A stretch of DNA of 64,000 bases from Patescibacteria group bacterium (GTDB lineage Bacteria; Patescibacteriota; Saccharimonadia; Saccharimonadales; VXPC01). This document shows positions 18,014 through 27,071 of this stretch, piece after piece. Within the stretch, counting starts at the first letter, position 1; each line of letters starts with the position of its first letter. The position numbers and the translations under genes were made by a program. The notes beneath the pieces are model-generated. The model was not told the origin of the DNA, ran no database searches, and saw nothing but the letters and a program-made list of their open reading frames with translations. Location of the stretch: the NCBI GenBank assembly GCA_039028495.1, contig JBCCHY010000001.1:3528-67527 (forward strand). The letters are read 5' to 3'.

Positions 18014-18331
18014 ATGAATCAACAAAACACAAAACCGAGCTGTGTGCGATACGCGGCTTCAATACTCGGTGACAAATGGACTCCAGTACTATTACGAGAG
18101 CTGTGTGAAGGAGCACGGACATTCTCTGAGCTGTCAACAGCATCGGGCGGAATCAGTCCCAGAACACTTAGCCAACGTCTGCATTTTCTCTTGGAAGAAG
18201 ACATCATCAGCCGCGACTGCAATATTGATGACAAGCGCAGCAACTATTACTGTCTGACTGTTAAAGGCCTAGAGCTTCAGGAGATCCTGGATAAGATGGC
18301 TGAGTGGTCATCAAGAAATAACGCCTGCTGA
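18014..18331 (+). CDS. HxlR-family winged-helix transcriptional regulator
   Basis: 105 aa; ILGDKWTPVLLRELCEGARTFSEL...ISPRTLSQRLHFLLEEDIISR matches HxlR/MarR-like DUF24 pattern. Confidence 0.7.
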   Translation: MNQQNTKPSCVRYAASILGDKWTPVLLRELCEGARTFSELSTASGGISPRTLSQRLHFLLEEDIISRDCNIDDKRSNYYCLTVKGLELQEILDKMAEWSSRNNAC

Positions 18332-18401
18332 CACAGATGTGAAGCCTGTGTCACTTCGATTAGTGACACAAAATACTTATTGAGTAGGGTACAATATTCG
18401 T

Positions 18402-18884
18402 ATGCAAGACAACGTGGGTGAGTCACAATCTGTCAGCTGGGTAGGCCCAGAATTCATCCATCACCCTAAGAATGCAGGATGGTACATGGGGCTAGGGTTC
18501 ATAGCTGCGGTTGTAGCTGTTGCCTGCTACTTCCTAACATCCGGGAGCATATTTGCAGTAATTACTATTGTTTTGGCGGTTATCGCATTAGCTGCTTTTG
18601 CGAGCAGACAACCAAAAGATCACCAGTTCACCATAGATTATAGCGGGGTGTACGTAGGTGAGAGGTTATACCCATACGAACAATTCGGATCCTTTGCGAT
18701 TACCAACAACGATGACATCGAGAGTATCTATCTCATGTCTGTGAATAGACTCCAGATGCCGCTATCCCTGTACGTTCCAGCAGAACAAATGGAAGCGGCC
18801 CTGCAGATTGTAGAGGCAATGGTCCCTTACCAAGAGCGTGACCAAACACTAGTCGAACAATTGATGCACAATCTGAGGTTCTAG
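18402..18884 (+). CDS. Hypothetical membrane protein
   Basis: 160 aa; two TM helices after residue ~30; followed by a rho-independent terminator. Confidence 0.5.
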   Translation: MQDNVGESQSVSWVGPEFIHHPKNAGWYMGLGFIAAVVAVACYFLTSGSIFAVITIVLAVIALAAFASRQPKDHQFTIDYSGVYVGERLYPYEQFGSFAITNNDDIESIYLMSVNRLQMPLSLYVPAEQMEAALQIVEAMVPYQERDQTLVEQLMHNLRF

Positions 18885-18931
18885 CACATAGGCCGTACAT
18901 GACCCAAGAGTTCAAATCGTGATACGTAAAA

Positions 18932-18964
18932 GAAAAAACCTGCACAAATGGCAGGTTTTTTCTT
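18932..18964. terminator. Bidirectional rho-independent terminator hairpin (CCTGC-ACAAATG-GCAGG flanked by A-run and T-run)
   Basis: agaaaaaaCCTGCacaaatgGCAGGtttttt lies between the + ORF ending at 18884 and the 3' end of the minus-strand tRNA-Arg. Confidence 0.6.
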
Positions 18965-19041
18965 TGGCGTACCTGGCAGGATTTGAACCTGCGACCTCTT
19001 GTACCGCAAACAAACGCTCTATCCAGCTGAGCTACAGGTAC
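18965..19041 (-). tRNA. tRNA-Arg (apparent anticodon GCG)
   Basis: Reverse complement GTACCTGTAGCTCAGCTGGATAGAGCGTTTGTTTGCGGTACAAGAGGTCGCAGGTTCAAATCCTGCCAGGTACGCCA folds as a cloverleaf (D arm GCTC/GAGC, T arm GCAGG-TTCAAAT-CCTGC, encoded CCA); anticodon loop TTGCGGT. Confidence 0.7.
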
Positions 19042-19184
19042 TTAGTCGGCGTGTGATGGTGATTCCGCCTGGCGGAGAGGGTGGGATGACGCTAACGCTA
19101 CTCCGTTCCTTACGAACCGCATTGGGTTCAACTCCACTTTCTGCTAGAAAGTCGCCCGTCTACTAGTGTAGACAGACGCCCTTC

Positions 19185-19275
<91 letters not shown>

Positions 19276-19401
19276 ACTACGTTGCGAGCCGTCCTCGTTC
19301 CACAAACACTCGCTGGTTGGATAGTGTACCAGCTCGCTAATTGTGTCAAGCAAGCTTGACTACAATCTGGTCACCTCTCCACTAACTATCATGGCCCAGC
19401 A

Positions 19402-19494
19402 TGGCGGAGAGAGAGGGATTCGAACCCTCGCGCCAGCTTGCGCCGACCTACAGCTTTAGCAAAGCCGCCCCTTCAGCCACTTGGGTACCTCTCC
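19402..19494 (-). tRNA. tRNA-Ser (anticodon GCT), class II with long variable arm
   Basis: Reverse complement GGAGAGGTACCCAAGTGGCTGAAGGGGCGGCTTTGCTAAAGCTGTAGGTCGGCGCAAGCTGGCGCGAGGGTTCGAATCCCTCTCTCTCCGCCA; anticodon loop TTGCTAA. Confidence 0.85.
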
Positions 19495-19554
19495 AGATAC
19501 AGGGCAATGATAGAACAGGGGTGATTTTATCACCTTGAGCCTACTTTAGCAAAG

Positions 19555-20217
19555 CTACTTAGATCGTATTAGTACGGCGCCGTATACATGTTTCGCCCCG
19601 GCTTGCTTAAGTAGCTTGGTGCAGGCTGTTAACGTTGCGCCTGTAGTATATATATCGTCTACCAGCAGAATCCTCTCGGGTACTACCCTAGAAGCAGCAA
19701 TCGCATACTGTTCTTTTGCCTGCCTGAGCCGTGCGGCCCTGCTAGAACCTACCTGTTTGCTGGTACCTACCCTGCGCAGTAGCTGATGGCTGGCAAGCTG
19801 CTTTCTAGACGCTAATTCGTGAGCTACTACAGCAGCATGGTCAAACCCACGCTCACGCACTCTGCTGTAGGCTGATGGAACATGAGTTACACCAAACTCG
19901 TCTAGATAGTCCGGGGATATCTCGCCCATCAGGGCAGCTGCTGCGGTGCAAGCATCTTTGTTGGATGAGTATTTTGCGCTGGAGATCAGTCTGCGGGCAG
20001 GGGAGTCGCTTGTGCTGAAGAAATAACACGTGTCCATGCCTGTTGTTTTTCGGCAAGGGCTGCACAGCCGGTAGTCCTTTGACAGCGCACCACAAACAAT
20101 GCAGCTGGGTGGGGCAGCCTCCATCTCTTCCGTGCAGTCATCATGTAGTAGTTTTGATTCTCTACCACACACAATGCACAGATCCGGCGCAACAACTCTC
20201 ATAAATCTACGAATCAT
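19555..20217 (-). CDS. comFC: ComF-family protein (double zinc-ribbon plus phosphoribosyltransferase domain)
   Basis: 220 aa; N-terminal CxxC...CxxC pairs; C-terminal PRTase motif ILLVDDIYTTGATL. Confidence 0.75.
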   Translation of the reverse strand: MIRRFMRVVAPDLCIVCGRESKLLHDDCTEEMEAAPPSCIVCGALSKDYRLCSPCRKTTGMDTCYFFSTSDSPARRLISSAKYSSNKDACTAAAALMGEISPDYLDEFGVTHVPSAYSRVRERGFDHAAVVAHELASRKQLASHQLLRRVGTSKQVGSSRAARLRQAKEQYAIAASRVVPERILLVDDIYTTGATLTACTKLLKQAGAKHVYGAVLIRSK

Positions 20218-20570
20218 CAGCTCATCCTAGCCCAAACAAACGCAGACAAGCATCTTTCTAACAAATACCTAAAAATCCCACTGCAAAGAAGGTCTCAGGC
20301 AAGGGCTTGCGAATTATTGCTAATCATTACCTCTTAAAGACTGTCTTTATTAGGTCATTTTTCTATCAGGCGAGGCTAATCGAGCTACAGGCAAAGATCT
20401 CTTAGCGTTAAAAAACTCAGCTCGAGCCAAGGCCTGACCCTAAATCTTGGTTAAAAACCACCTGACTTTGAGCCAGAATGGAATTTTCATGAGGACAATA
20501 AAAGGTTGCTGTGCATATGGCACTGCGCCTTTTGTTCCCGGAATTAAAATATCTATTCTGGCCAAAGAAA

Positions 20571-20615
20571 AAACCGGAAAGTGCGGCTTTGCCAACACTC
20601 TCCGGTTTTTGGTCA
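20571..20615 (-). terminator. Rho-independent terminator downstream of hsp20 (minus strand)
   Basis: Minus-strand read AAAAACCGGAGAG-TGTTGGCAAAGCCGCA-CTTTCCGGTTTTTT: 8-bp stem (one G-U) followed by U-run, just 3' of the hsp20 stop at 20624. Confidence 0.55.
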
Positions 20616-20623
20616 GTTGGTTT

Positions 20624-21082
20624 TTACTGGACGGTTATTTTCTTAACAGTATCTTGCTTAACCTTAGTAAACGACACCGTCAAAACCCCATCCTTAAGAA
20701 GCGCCTCGATCTCGTCTTCTTTAACAGGTACAGGTAGAGTGATGCTTCGAGCAAATTCACCCCAGTAGCACTCCTGGACAAAGTAGTTATCAACATCATC
20801 TTCTACACCTGCAGACAGAGTCCCGCGAATGGTCAGAGTGTTATCTGCGATGCTAACATCCAGGTCTTCTTTATTGACTCCAGCGACGCGGCATTTAACC
20901 ATCAGTCGCTCTTTTGTCTCGTAGACGTCTAACGCTAGTTGACCTGGCAGGTCGGCCTGCTCTTCGCTCCAAGAGTCGTCCTGCTGACCCTCTGTTGCTT
21001 GCGGCTCTGCTATTAGATCGTCATCTCCGAGGAACGCAGCCGTTAGCTCTTCCTCAACAAATAGTTCATCATTTTCATTCAT
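20624..21082 (-). CDS. Hsp20/alpha-crystallin family small heat-shock protein
   Basis: 152 aa; alpha-crystallin domain (LALDVYETKERLMVKCRVAGVNKEDLDVSI...GVLTVSFTKV). Confidence 0.85.
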   Translation of the reverse strand: MNENDELFVEEELTAAFLGDDDLIAEPQATEGQQDDSWSEEQADLPGQLALDVYETKERLMVKCRVAGVNKEDLDVSIADNTLTIRGTLSAGVEDDVDNYFVQECYWGEFARSITLPVPVKEDEIEALLKDGVLTVSFTKVKQDTVKKITVQ

Positions 21083-21287
21083 TTTCTCGCTAACCCTCCT
21101 TGGTCTTGCTCCGAATTATACGGTGTAGGGGGCGGGGGCTGCAAGACTTTGTTGTACCTTTAACTGATCCTGTAGAGCTTCCCCAAACCCTGCCGATGTT
21201 TCTAGCCTGGCTTGGGAGAGTTCTACTTGAAAAAGAAACAGCCCCGAGATCCAGGGCTGTTTCGCTACTTCTAGCCTATGCGTCGTA

Positions 21288-21725
21288 TTAGACTCGGCCG
21301 AGCACGAACCTAACTATTGTCTGCGCGAGCGCTACAACTACTAGGCCAATGATGGCGTAGAGGATTGTATCCTTAGCTGCTTTGACTCCAGCCTGGTCGC
21401 CACCAGATGTGATGTACTTGAAGCCAGCATAGATAATCATGATTACGGCAACAACACCGATGATCCATGAGAATATGTCGATTATAGTCGTGACGATGTT
21501 GTTTATATCGTCAGTAGCAGCTGTTGTATCACAATTAGACGCGTCTGAGTCAAACTTCAGGTCAGCACCTTGACATAGCCTGTTCTCAATATTAGTTGTT
21601 TCCGAAGATCCGCCTGGGGCAGGGGTTTCCTGGGCCAGAACCGTACTCGAACCTACAACAGGTAGCCCTAACGGCAATGCTGCTGCGAAGAGACTGATTA
21701 CAAGTATTTTGAGTTTACTTAGCAT
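21288..21725 (-). CDS. T4SS pilin-like protein (TrbC/VirB2-like), paralog 1
   Basis: 145 aa; signal peptide, Cys-containing variable region, conserved C-terminal module IIGVVAVIMIIYAGFKYITSGGDQAGVKAAKDTILYAIIGLVVVALAQTIVRFV shared by all five neighbours. Confidence 0.65.
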   Translation of the reverse strand: MLSKLKILVISLFAAALPLGLPVVGSSTVLAQETPAPGGSSETTNIENRLCQGADLKFDSDASNCDTTAATDDINNIVTTIIDIFSWIIGVVAVIMIIYAGFKYITSGGDQAGVKAAKDTILYAIIGLVVVALAQTIVRFVLGRV

Positions 21726-21805
21726 TTAGTTAATCCTTTTTTATCACTATATGGTTATGATTATAGACGTATTAGCTCGGAGCGTCCACTATAAATAGGG
21801 GGTGC

Positions 21806-22231
21806 CTAGCCAGCTGCTGGGTCAACTGCCTCAACTGCGCCCGGGGTTCCAGTCGCCTCGTTGATGACAAATCGCACAATCGCCTGAGCCATGACTACCA
21901 CTGCTAGGCCTACCAGTCCGTAGATGATACCGTTTCGAGCCTGGCCAACTTTCTGAGCGTCACCGCCTGCCAGGATGAATCTCAGGCCAGACACTATTAT
22001 CATGATCACAGCAATCACTCCAACCACCCAGCTGAGTATGCTGATCACATTGCCGACTAGGTTATTAACTTCTGTTTCGGCATTGCCACCAGGGCCACCG
22101 GCTGCGTCTACGCCGCGCAACACATCGCTGCCGTCCTGTGCGCTAGCAGTCCCCGTCATGAAGCCTATTAGGGCAATTACCACCATCAGGCTGATCGTGC
22201 TGAAGGCATCTATTTTTGTGAGTGTGTTCAT
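21806..22231 (-). CDS. T4SS pilin-like protein, paralog 2
   Basis: 141 aa; VVGVIAVIMIIVSGLRFILAGGDAQKVGQARNGIIYGLVGLAVVVMAQAIVRFV module. Confidence 0.65.
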   Translation of the reverse strand: MNTLTKIDAFSTISLMVVIALIGFMTGTASAQDGSDVLRGVDAAGGPGGNAETEVNNLVGNVISILSWVVGVIAVIMIIVSGLRFILAGGDAQKVGQARNGIIYGLVGLAVVVMAQAIVRFVINEATGTPGAVEAVDPAAG

Positions 22232-22261
22232 TTTTTATCCTTTTTATCAGATTGACTGATG

Positions 22262-22870
22262 TTAACTATACCATATTCTCTGGTTTTCAGCTGGTCTGGT
22301 CATATAGGTTGTTTCGGATTCTGCGCTCGGAGTTTCAGTAATCCGCTCTACCATGTAGGCAACTATCGGGGCTGCAAAGGTCGCTATGACTGCTCCGACT
22401 AGTGCATATATTATCGTTTGGCGAGCACTCGACGTCTTGGCCGGATCACCGTCGGACAGAACGTATCTGATGCCGCCAACCACAATCATGATTACGGATA
22501 TGATTCCCGTTGCGACTGCAATTAATCCTGCGATGCGGCCAACTAGTGTCGGTGCGTCGCCATCGACGGTTATGACTTCTCCTAGAGCAAACCTGGTGAT
22601 CGCAAATCCAAATATCGCTACTGCCATACCGACACCGGCATAGATGATGCCGTTCTTTGCCTGAGACGTCTTGCCCGGATCGCCACCTGATAGGGCGTAG
22701 CGCATACCCTGCAGTGTGATCATCAGCACACTGAGCGCACCCAGCACGCTAAACGCCAGAGTCAGGACATCGCTCACCGTTTCCTGTGCACTACCTGTGC
22801 TGATCTGGGGGAGAGAGTCAGGTCTCTCCAGAACAATTTGTGCAAAACCAGCGATCATATCTAGAACCAT
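22262..22870 (-). CDS. T4SS pilin-like protein with two tandem pilin modules, paralog 3
   Basis: 202 aa; two copies of the hydrophobic-helix / GGDPxKT / hydrophobic-helix module (LQGMRYALSGGDPGKTSQAKNGIIYAGVG... and VGGIRYVLSDGDPAKTSSARQTIIYALVG...). Confidence 0.6.
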   Translation of the reverse strand: MVLDMIAGFAQIVLERPDSLPQISTGSAQETVSDVLTLAFSVLGALSVLMITLQGMRYALSGGDPGKTSQAKNGIIYAGVGMAVAIFGFAITRFALGEVITVDGDAPTLVGRIAGLIAVATGIISVIMIVVGGIRYVLSDGDPAKTSSARQTIIYALVGAVIATFAAPIVAYMVERITETPSAESETTYMTRPAENQRIWYS

Positions 22871-23427
22871 AGGAACCCCGCGCTACCGTCTACAAGCGTT
22901 GTATGTACCCATTCCAATATTAGTCGTACAGAGCCAGCAATAACCGCTCCGACGATGCCATTGATGATAGTCTGACGAGCATCGTTTGTCTTGTCCGGCG
23001 ACCCATCACTAGCGACGTATTTGAACCCACCAACTATAGTGAAGCCTACAGCGACAATACCTGCGAGCGATACGATCGCGATCAGAACATTGTTGGCAAT
23101 TATCAGGATGGGGTTTTGATCTGCATCACCACTCAGCACGTCACCTGTATCCAGATCATCGCAGTTAGACAGGCCACGATCCCAGGTAGGTATACCGAGT
23201 ATGCTACGGTTCTCGGCATCGCCTTCACATCCACTAGCGCTTACACCCGGTTCAGGCGTAGAGTCCTGCGCATATACACTCGGTGTACTCGCTAAATGTA
23301 GTGCAGGAACAACCAGAGAGAGGAGTGCCACGAGTACAATGAGCTTACGTTTTATCATGCGAAAACTCCTCCGGGTATTAGATAGTTCAGAAATGCGTAG
23401 AGGCCTAGGAATGCCACGTAGGCCCAA
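22861..23427 (-). CDS. T4SS pilin-like protein, paralog 4 (probable true start at ATG 23358)
   Basis: 188 aa ORF; likely start MIKRKLIVLV whose ATG overlaps the upstream gene's TGA (ATGA coupling); C-terminal module IVGGFKYVASDGSPDKTNDARQTIINGIVGAVIAG. Confidence 0.6.
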   Translation of the reverse strand: MGLRGIPRPLRISELSNTRRSFRMIKRKLIVLVALLSLVVPALHLASTPSVYAQDSTPEPGVSASGCEGDAENRSILGIPTWDRGLSNCDDLDTGDVLSGDADQNPILIIANNVLIAIVSLAGIVAVGFTIVGGFKYVASDGSPDKTNDARQTIINGIVGAVIAGSVRLILEWVHTTLVDGSAGFLWF

Positions 23428-24053
23428 ATAGCATTGTATATACGATTCTTGGCTGACTGAACTCTCTGGGGGTTACCGTTGCTAGCAGAGTACTGAATAC
23501 CCCCTACTGCAGCCACGGCAACAACAATCAATGTCGTCAGCAGTGCCATGACGTTCAGTATGCCGTTGATCAGATTAAACAATTCACAATTACTGTGGGA
23601 TGTACACGTACTACTTCCTCCGCTTGATGAGGTGCTACCACCTAGTGCAGCTGGTGTACCCGCGTCAATAGCTCCCGATGGGCATTCACCTGTCGTATAT
23701 AGCTCTAGTCGACCAGTGCCGTTATCACAAAACGCCCCGTCAGAGCCTGTGACCGCTGTGGCTGGACCACCATCATTGATCGCTGGACAGCCAGATGCGT
23801 CTTCTGTGTAATAGACTCCGCGGTTTGAGCCCGATAGAACAGCCTCTTCAAACACACACAGTGCACCACCACTGGTTGTAGGTTGTTGTCCATCTGGACA
23901 ATCGTCACCGGCACCGTATTCAAAAACACGCCCAATATCGTCATAACAGGTCAGTGCGGCAACATTTTGTACATTTGGCTGAACCATGACAAAGAGAGCT
24001 CCGGCGAGCACCGGGACAATTAGCAGTTTTAGATTTTTTAGTTTTGCAATCAT
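23355..24053 (-). CDS. T4SS pilin-like protein, paralog 5, with Cys-rich extracellular region
   Basis: 232 aa; signal peptide, ~12 Cys in the variable region, C-terminal module VVAVAAVGGIQYSASNGNPQRVQSAKNRIYNAIWAYVAFLGL. Confidence 0.6.
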   Translation of the reverse strand: MIAKLKNLKLLIVPVLAGALFVMVQPNVQNVAALTCYDDIGRVFEYGAGDDCPDGQQPTTSGGALCVFEEAVLSGSNRGVYYTEDASGCPAINDGGPATAVTGSDGAFCDNGTGRLELYTTGECPSGAIDAGTPAALGGSTSSSGGSSTCTSHSNCELFNLINGILNVMALLTTLIVVAVAAVGGIQYSASNGNPQRVQSAKNRIYNAIWAYVAFLGLYAFLNYLIPGGVFA

Positions 24054-24151
24054 TTCTAATACTCTGTCAATTATCCCTCAATTAGCTTAATAAGTATAGC
24101 CCTATTCAAACTGTAGTAATTGTTACGTCTATAGGTTATATTAGTGCTTAA

Positions 24152-25852
24152 GTGATGAGAGCTAAAATAAAACAATTTCTTGGTCAGGGGTTGGTGCTAC
24201 TTGTGGCATTGTTTGCGATTAGTTCGCTACAAACTGCAAATGTCCACGCCGACCATGTTACTAACGGTAGTGACTTCCCGGGAACCGTTACAGCTGAAAT
24301 CATCGGCATAGATACCGTCCAGATTACTATCGATCGCGACCCTCAGGCTAATGGTCGAGATGACCCACCGCTTACATTTACGCTCTTTAACGATAGAGGT
24401 CTCCACAACCCAGACAATAAACCAACCGCAAAATTCGAAGCAGGTGACCAAGAAGGCATTCCAGAATACCAATGTGGTGACGATGCATGGAGCTCAAAAT
24501 TAGTCATAAATGACTATCCATACATTGGCGATCAGCCGACAAGCTTCACCGCTAACCTAGGATTCCACTATCCGGTAACCGTAGGAGACTGCTCGATAGA
24601 GTTCAGAGTCAGCGGACTAGCTGTCTCTAATGCACTCTCGGGCGACACCGGTGTCTCTCCAGGGGCTGAAAACTATATATTCGATGGTGGAGAAGTAAGA
24701 TCAGCTGATGGTCAATTCTGCTATCGTCAAGATCCACTGCTTGATTCACGGGTGCAGGCGGGGGCATATGTTCAGTATGAATGCGGCTCAGGTCCTGTCA
24801 GATATCGACCAGAGTGCCCCGACTTCTTTTTATTTGGTGGATCAGAAGCTCAGCTTGAAAACACCTCACCACTGACCTTTGATCTCATCCAAAGGTTTGA
24901 GGAGAGAACAGGCGCTGATAGATGTAGATCCGCAGCAAACGCTGTCAGAACCGCAGTATCAGTAGTCAATAACGCCGCCTTACCCGAAGACAGCCAGGTC
25001 ACCACAGGACCTAACTCACCAGGATCAGGTGAGGGGGTTCAGGACTGTGAGACTACTGGCTATGACGAGTCTAGACTCTCCTGGATCATTTGTAGCGCCC
25101 TAGAGCTTGCGGACAGGGCTCTAACCTGGATCGATGGACAGATCGCCGACCAGCTGCGCATAAATGTTGATGAGCTACGAAACGAAGATAGCTACCGTAA
25201 GGCCTGGGGTGCTATGCGTAACCTGGCAACGGTATTCATTATCATTACCGCGTTCGTGATGGTTATCTCTACCGCATTAGACGTCAATGTATTCAGTAAC
25301 TACACGGTTAAAAAATACTTGCCTAGACTGGTGCTGGGCACAATATTCATCCAGCTCTCGTGGGTTCTGGGCCTACTCACGATAGAGGCCGCTGGGTTCC
25401 TGGCAGATGGTATAGAGTTCCTGTTATTCACCGCGTTTAACGGTGACGGGGTTGTGCAGAATCTCAATCTAACCACTCTGTTTGAACACTATATACAAAG
25501 AGAGGGATTGACTACAGCGGCGACAGGCGTTGGATTTGCAGGACTCATCGCCGCAGGTGCTCTACTGAGTCTGGGCGGGTTCTTTGCGATTTTGGCACTC
25601 GCCTGGTCAGCGGCCGGGTTCCTATTTTTCGCCTGGATATTCCTCATCATCAGACAGCTACTAATATTCACACTGATCATCATGGCGCCGCTGGGTATAT
25701 CACTATGGATCCTGCCGGGCAGCGATAGGGCCTGGGGACTATACCGCAAACTGTTCTTTATACTGCTATATATCGAAATAACCATGGTCTCTATATCGGC
25801 AATTGGTAAAATAATGGCCTGGATAACAATCGGCGCACCGGGGAGCCTCTAG
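24152..25852 (+). CDS. VirB6/TrbL-like polytopic membrane protein of the T4SS-like locus
   Basis: 566 aa; signal peptide and ~330-aa extracellular domain, then at least 6 TM helices (ATVFIIITAFVMVIS... FAWIFLIIRQLLIFTLIIMAPLGISLWIL) in VirB6-like topology; divergent from the pilin array. Confidence 0.55.
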   Translation: MMRAKIKQFLGQGLVLLVALFAISSLQTANVHADHVTNGSDFPGTVTAEIIGIDTVQITIDRDPQANGRDDPPLTFTLFNDRGLHNPDNKPTAKFEAGDQEGIPEYQCGDDAWSSKLVINDYPYIGDQPTSFTANLGFHYPVTVGDCSIEFRVSGLAVSNALSGDTGVSPGAENYIFDGGEVRSADGQFCYRQDPLLDSRVQAGAYVQYECGSGPVRYRPECPDFFLFGGSEAQLENTSPLTFDLIQRFEERTGADRCRSAANAVRTAVSVVNNAALPEDSQVTTGPNSPGSGEGVQDCETTGYDESRLSWIICSALELADRALTWIDGQIADQLRINVDELRNEDSYRKAWGAMRNLATVFIIITAFVMVISTALDVNVFSNYTVKKYLPRLVLGTIFIQLSWVLGLLTIEAAGFLADGIEFLLFTAFNGDGVVQNLNLTTLFEHYIQREGLTTAATGVGFAGLIAAGALLSLGGFFAILALAWSAAGFLFFAWIFLIIRQLLIFTLIIMAPLGISLWILPGSDRAWGLYRKLFFILLYIEITMVSISAIGKIMAWITIGAPGSL

Positions 25853-26998
25853 ATGCTACAAGAAGAAGTTGAACTACTGATCGCATTTGTCCTACTGGCA
25901 GGGTCAGTCTTCGGGGCTGTATTTTTGGCTACTCGCGCCGTAGCTGGTGTCCTGGGCATATTCGGTATACAAAACGACCCAACCAAAGGTATCCTCGACC
26001 GCGGCAAAAACTTCCTCAACAAAAAAGGAGAAGCACGCAAGCAAAGAAATGCTGAACAAAAACAGCTTGATGCCGCGAGCCGTCTTGCCAGAGACGCCCG
26101 TACTGGTGGGGCAAAAGGCGTAGGTAGAAGAGCAGTCAGAAGAGCGACCGGAGGAACGCTCAGAGATCGAGCTCGTACAGGAACCTTGGGGGTTGCTCCT
26201 GTGGGTACTTCTGCGAGGGCAAGAAAAAGAAAGAGGGCAGATACATTGGTGCAGGGTAATGAAGCGGACCTTGCAAGAAAGATTCAACAGGCGAGAGTTC
26301 TTGAGTCAGAAGACAAATACTTCAATACAGACGTCGACTCTATTGATGCATCACAGAAAGCGGCCGTCGAGAAAGCGGCTATTGATAATGCGACCGCATT
26401 AATAACTAGACAGACCTCACAAATGGGTTTTGTAGATAAAATGAACCACCTTCAAGAGCTCTCCTTAGACGAATCGGCAAGCAGTGAACAAAGAAGAGCT
26501 GCGATAACCATGATCACCAAAAACAAACAATATGGTAGGCTTGCTAGCATACAGGGGGAACTGGCAGACAGGGGTTCTGGTGGTGCAGAGTTATGGCGTA
26601 AAGCGCTCGGTGATAACTATAGTGATTTTAAAGAACTAGGCGCAGGATTAACGGTTGATCTATCCGACGGAAACGATAGAGTCAACAGAAAGACCGGTGA
26701 AGTCACCATAACCGGATCAAAGAACTCTTCACGAGTTGCAGCAGATCGGCTTGTTGAGATGGCCAAGCTTGATGATAAAACGCTTTCACTACAAGATGCG
26801 GGCGCACTACGAGAGTTTATGTCTGTACCCGTAATTGTGACTGATCCAGCAACCGGTGCGACAGTGAATACTGGCGACAGAGGTGCCGCAATAGCAGGTG
26901 ATCATACCTTACCAGTAGGTGCGCCAGGAAGAAGCGGTAGCGAAAAACTTCAGAGTGAAATGGCTCCAGAAAATATCGACATTCTACGCAGAACATAA
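25853..26998 (+). CDS. Hypothetical membrane-anchored protein (T4SS-locus associated)
   Basis: 381 aa; ATG immediately follows the stop of the VirB6-like gene; N-terminal TM then basic/charged region. Confidence 0.45.
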   Translation: MLQEEVELLIAFVLLAGSVFGAVFLATRAVAGVLGIFGIQNDPTKGILDRGKNFLNKKGEARKQRNAEQKQLDAASRLARDARTGGAKGVGRRAVRRATGGTLRDRARTGTLGVAPVGTSARARKRKRADTLVQGNEADLARKIQQARVLESEDKYFNTDVDSIDASQKAAVEKAAIDNATALITRQTSQMGFVDKMNHLQELSLDESASSEQRRAAITMITKNKQYGRLASIQGELADRGSGGAELWRKALGDNYSDFKELGAGLTVDLSDGNDRVNRKTGEVTITGSKNSSRVAADRLVEMAKLDDKTLSLQDAGALREFMSVPVIVTDPATGATVNTGDRGAAIAGDHTLPVGAPGRSGSEKLQSEMAPENIDILRRT

Positions 26999-27071
26999 TT
27001 GGTGTTCTAGTTTTGATGTCAGTTCAGTATATCTTGGCCTGGCTCACTTCTAGCAAAGCTATACCTACAGG

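Noticed and set aside
19068-19180. Possible additional tRNA or tmRNA-like gene sharing the tRNA-Ser 3' end
   Set aside because: Reverse complement has the acceptor 3' strand and CCA but no T-arm (GCGTCATCCCAC instead of G-T-psi-C loop) and no D-arm; interpreted as a duplicated fragment instead.
20447-20768. Two overlapping + strand ORFs (96 and 85 aa)
   Set aside because: Overlap the hsp20 3' region/terminator on the opposite strand; no support.
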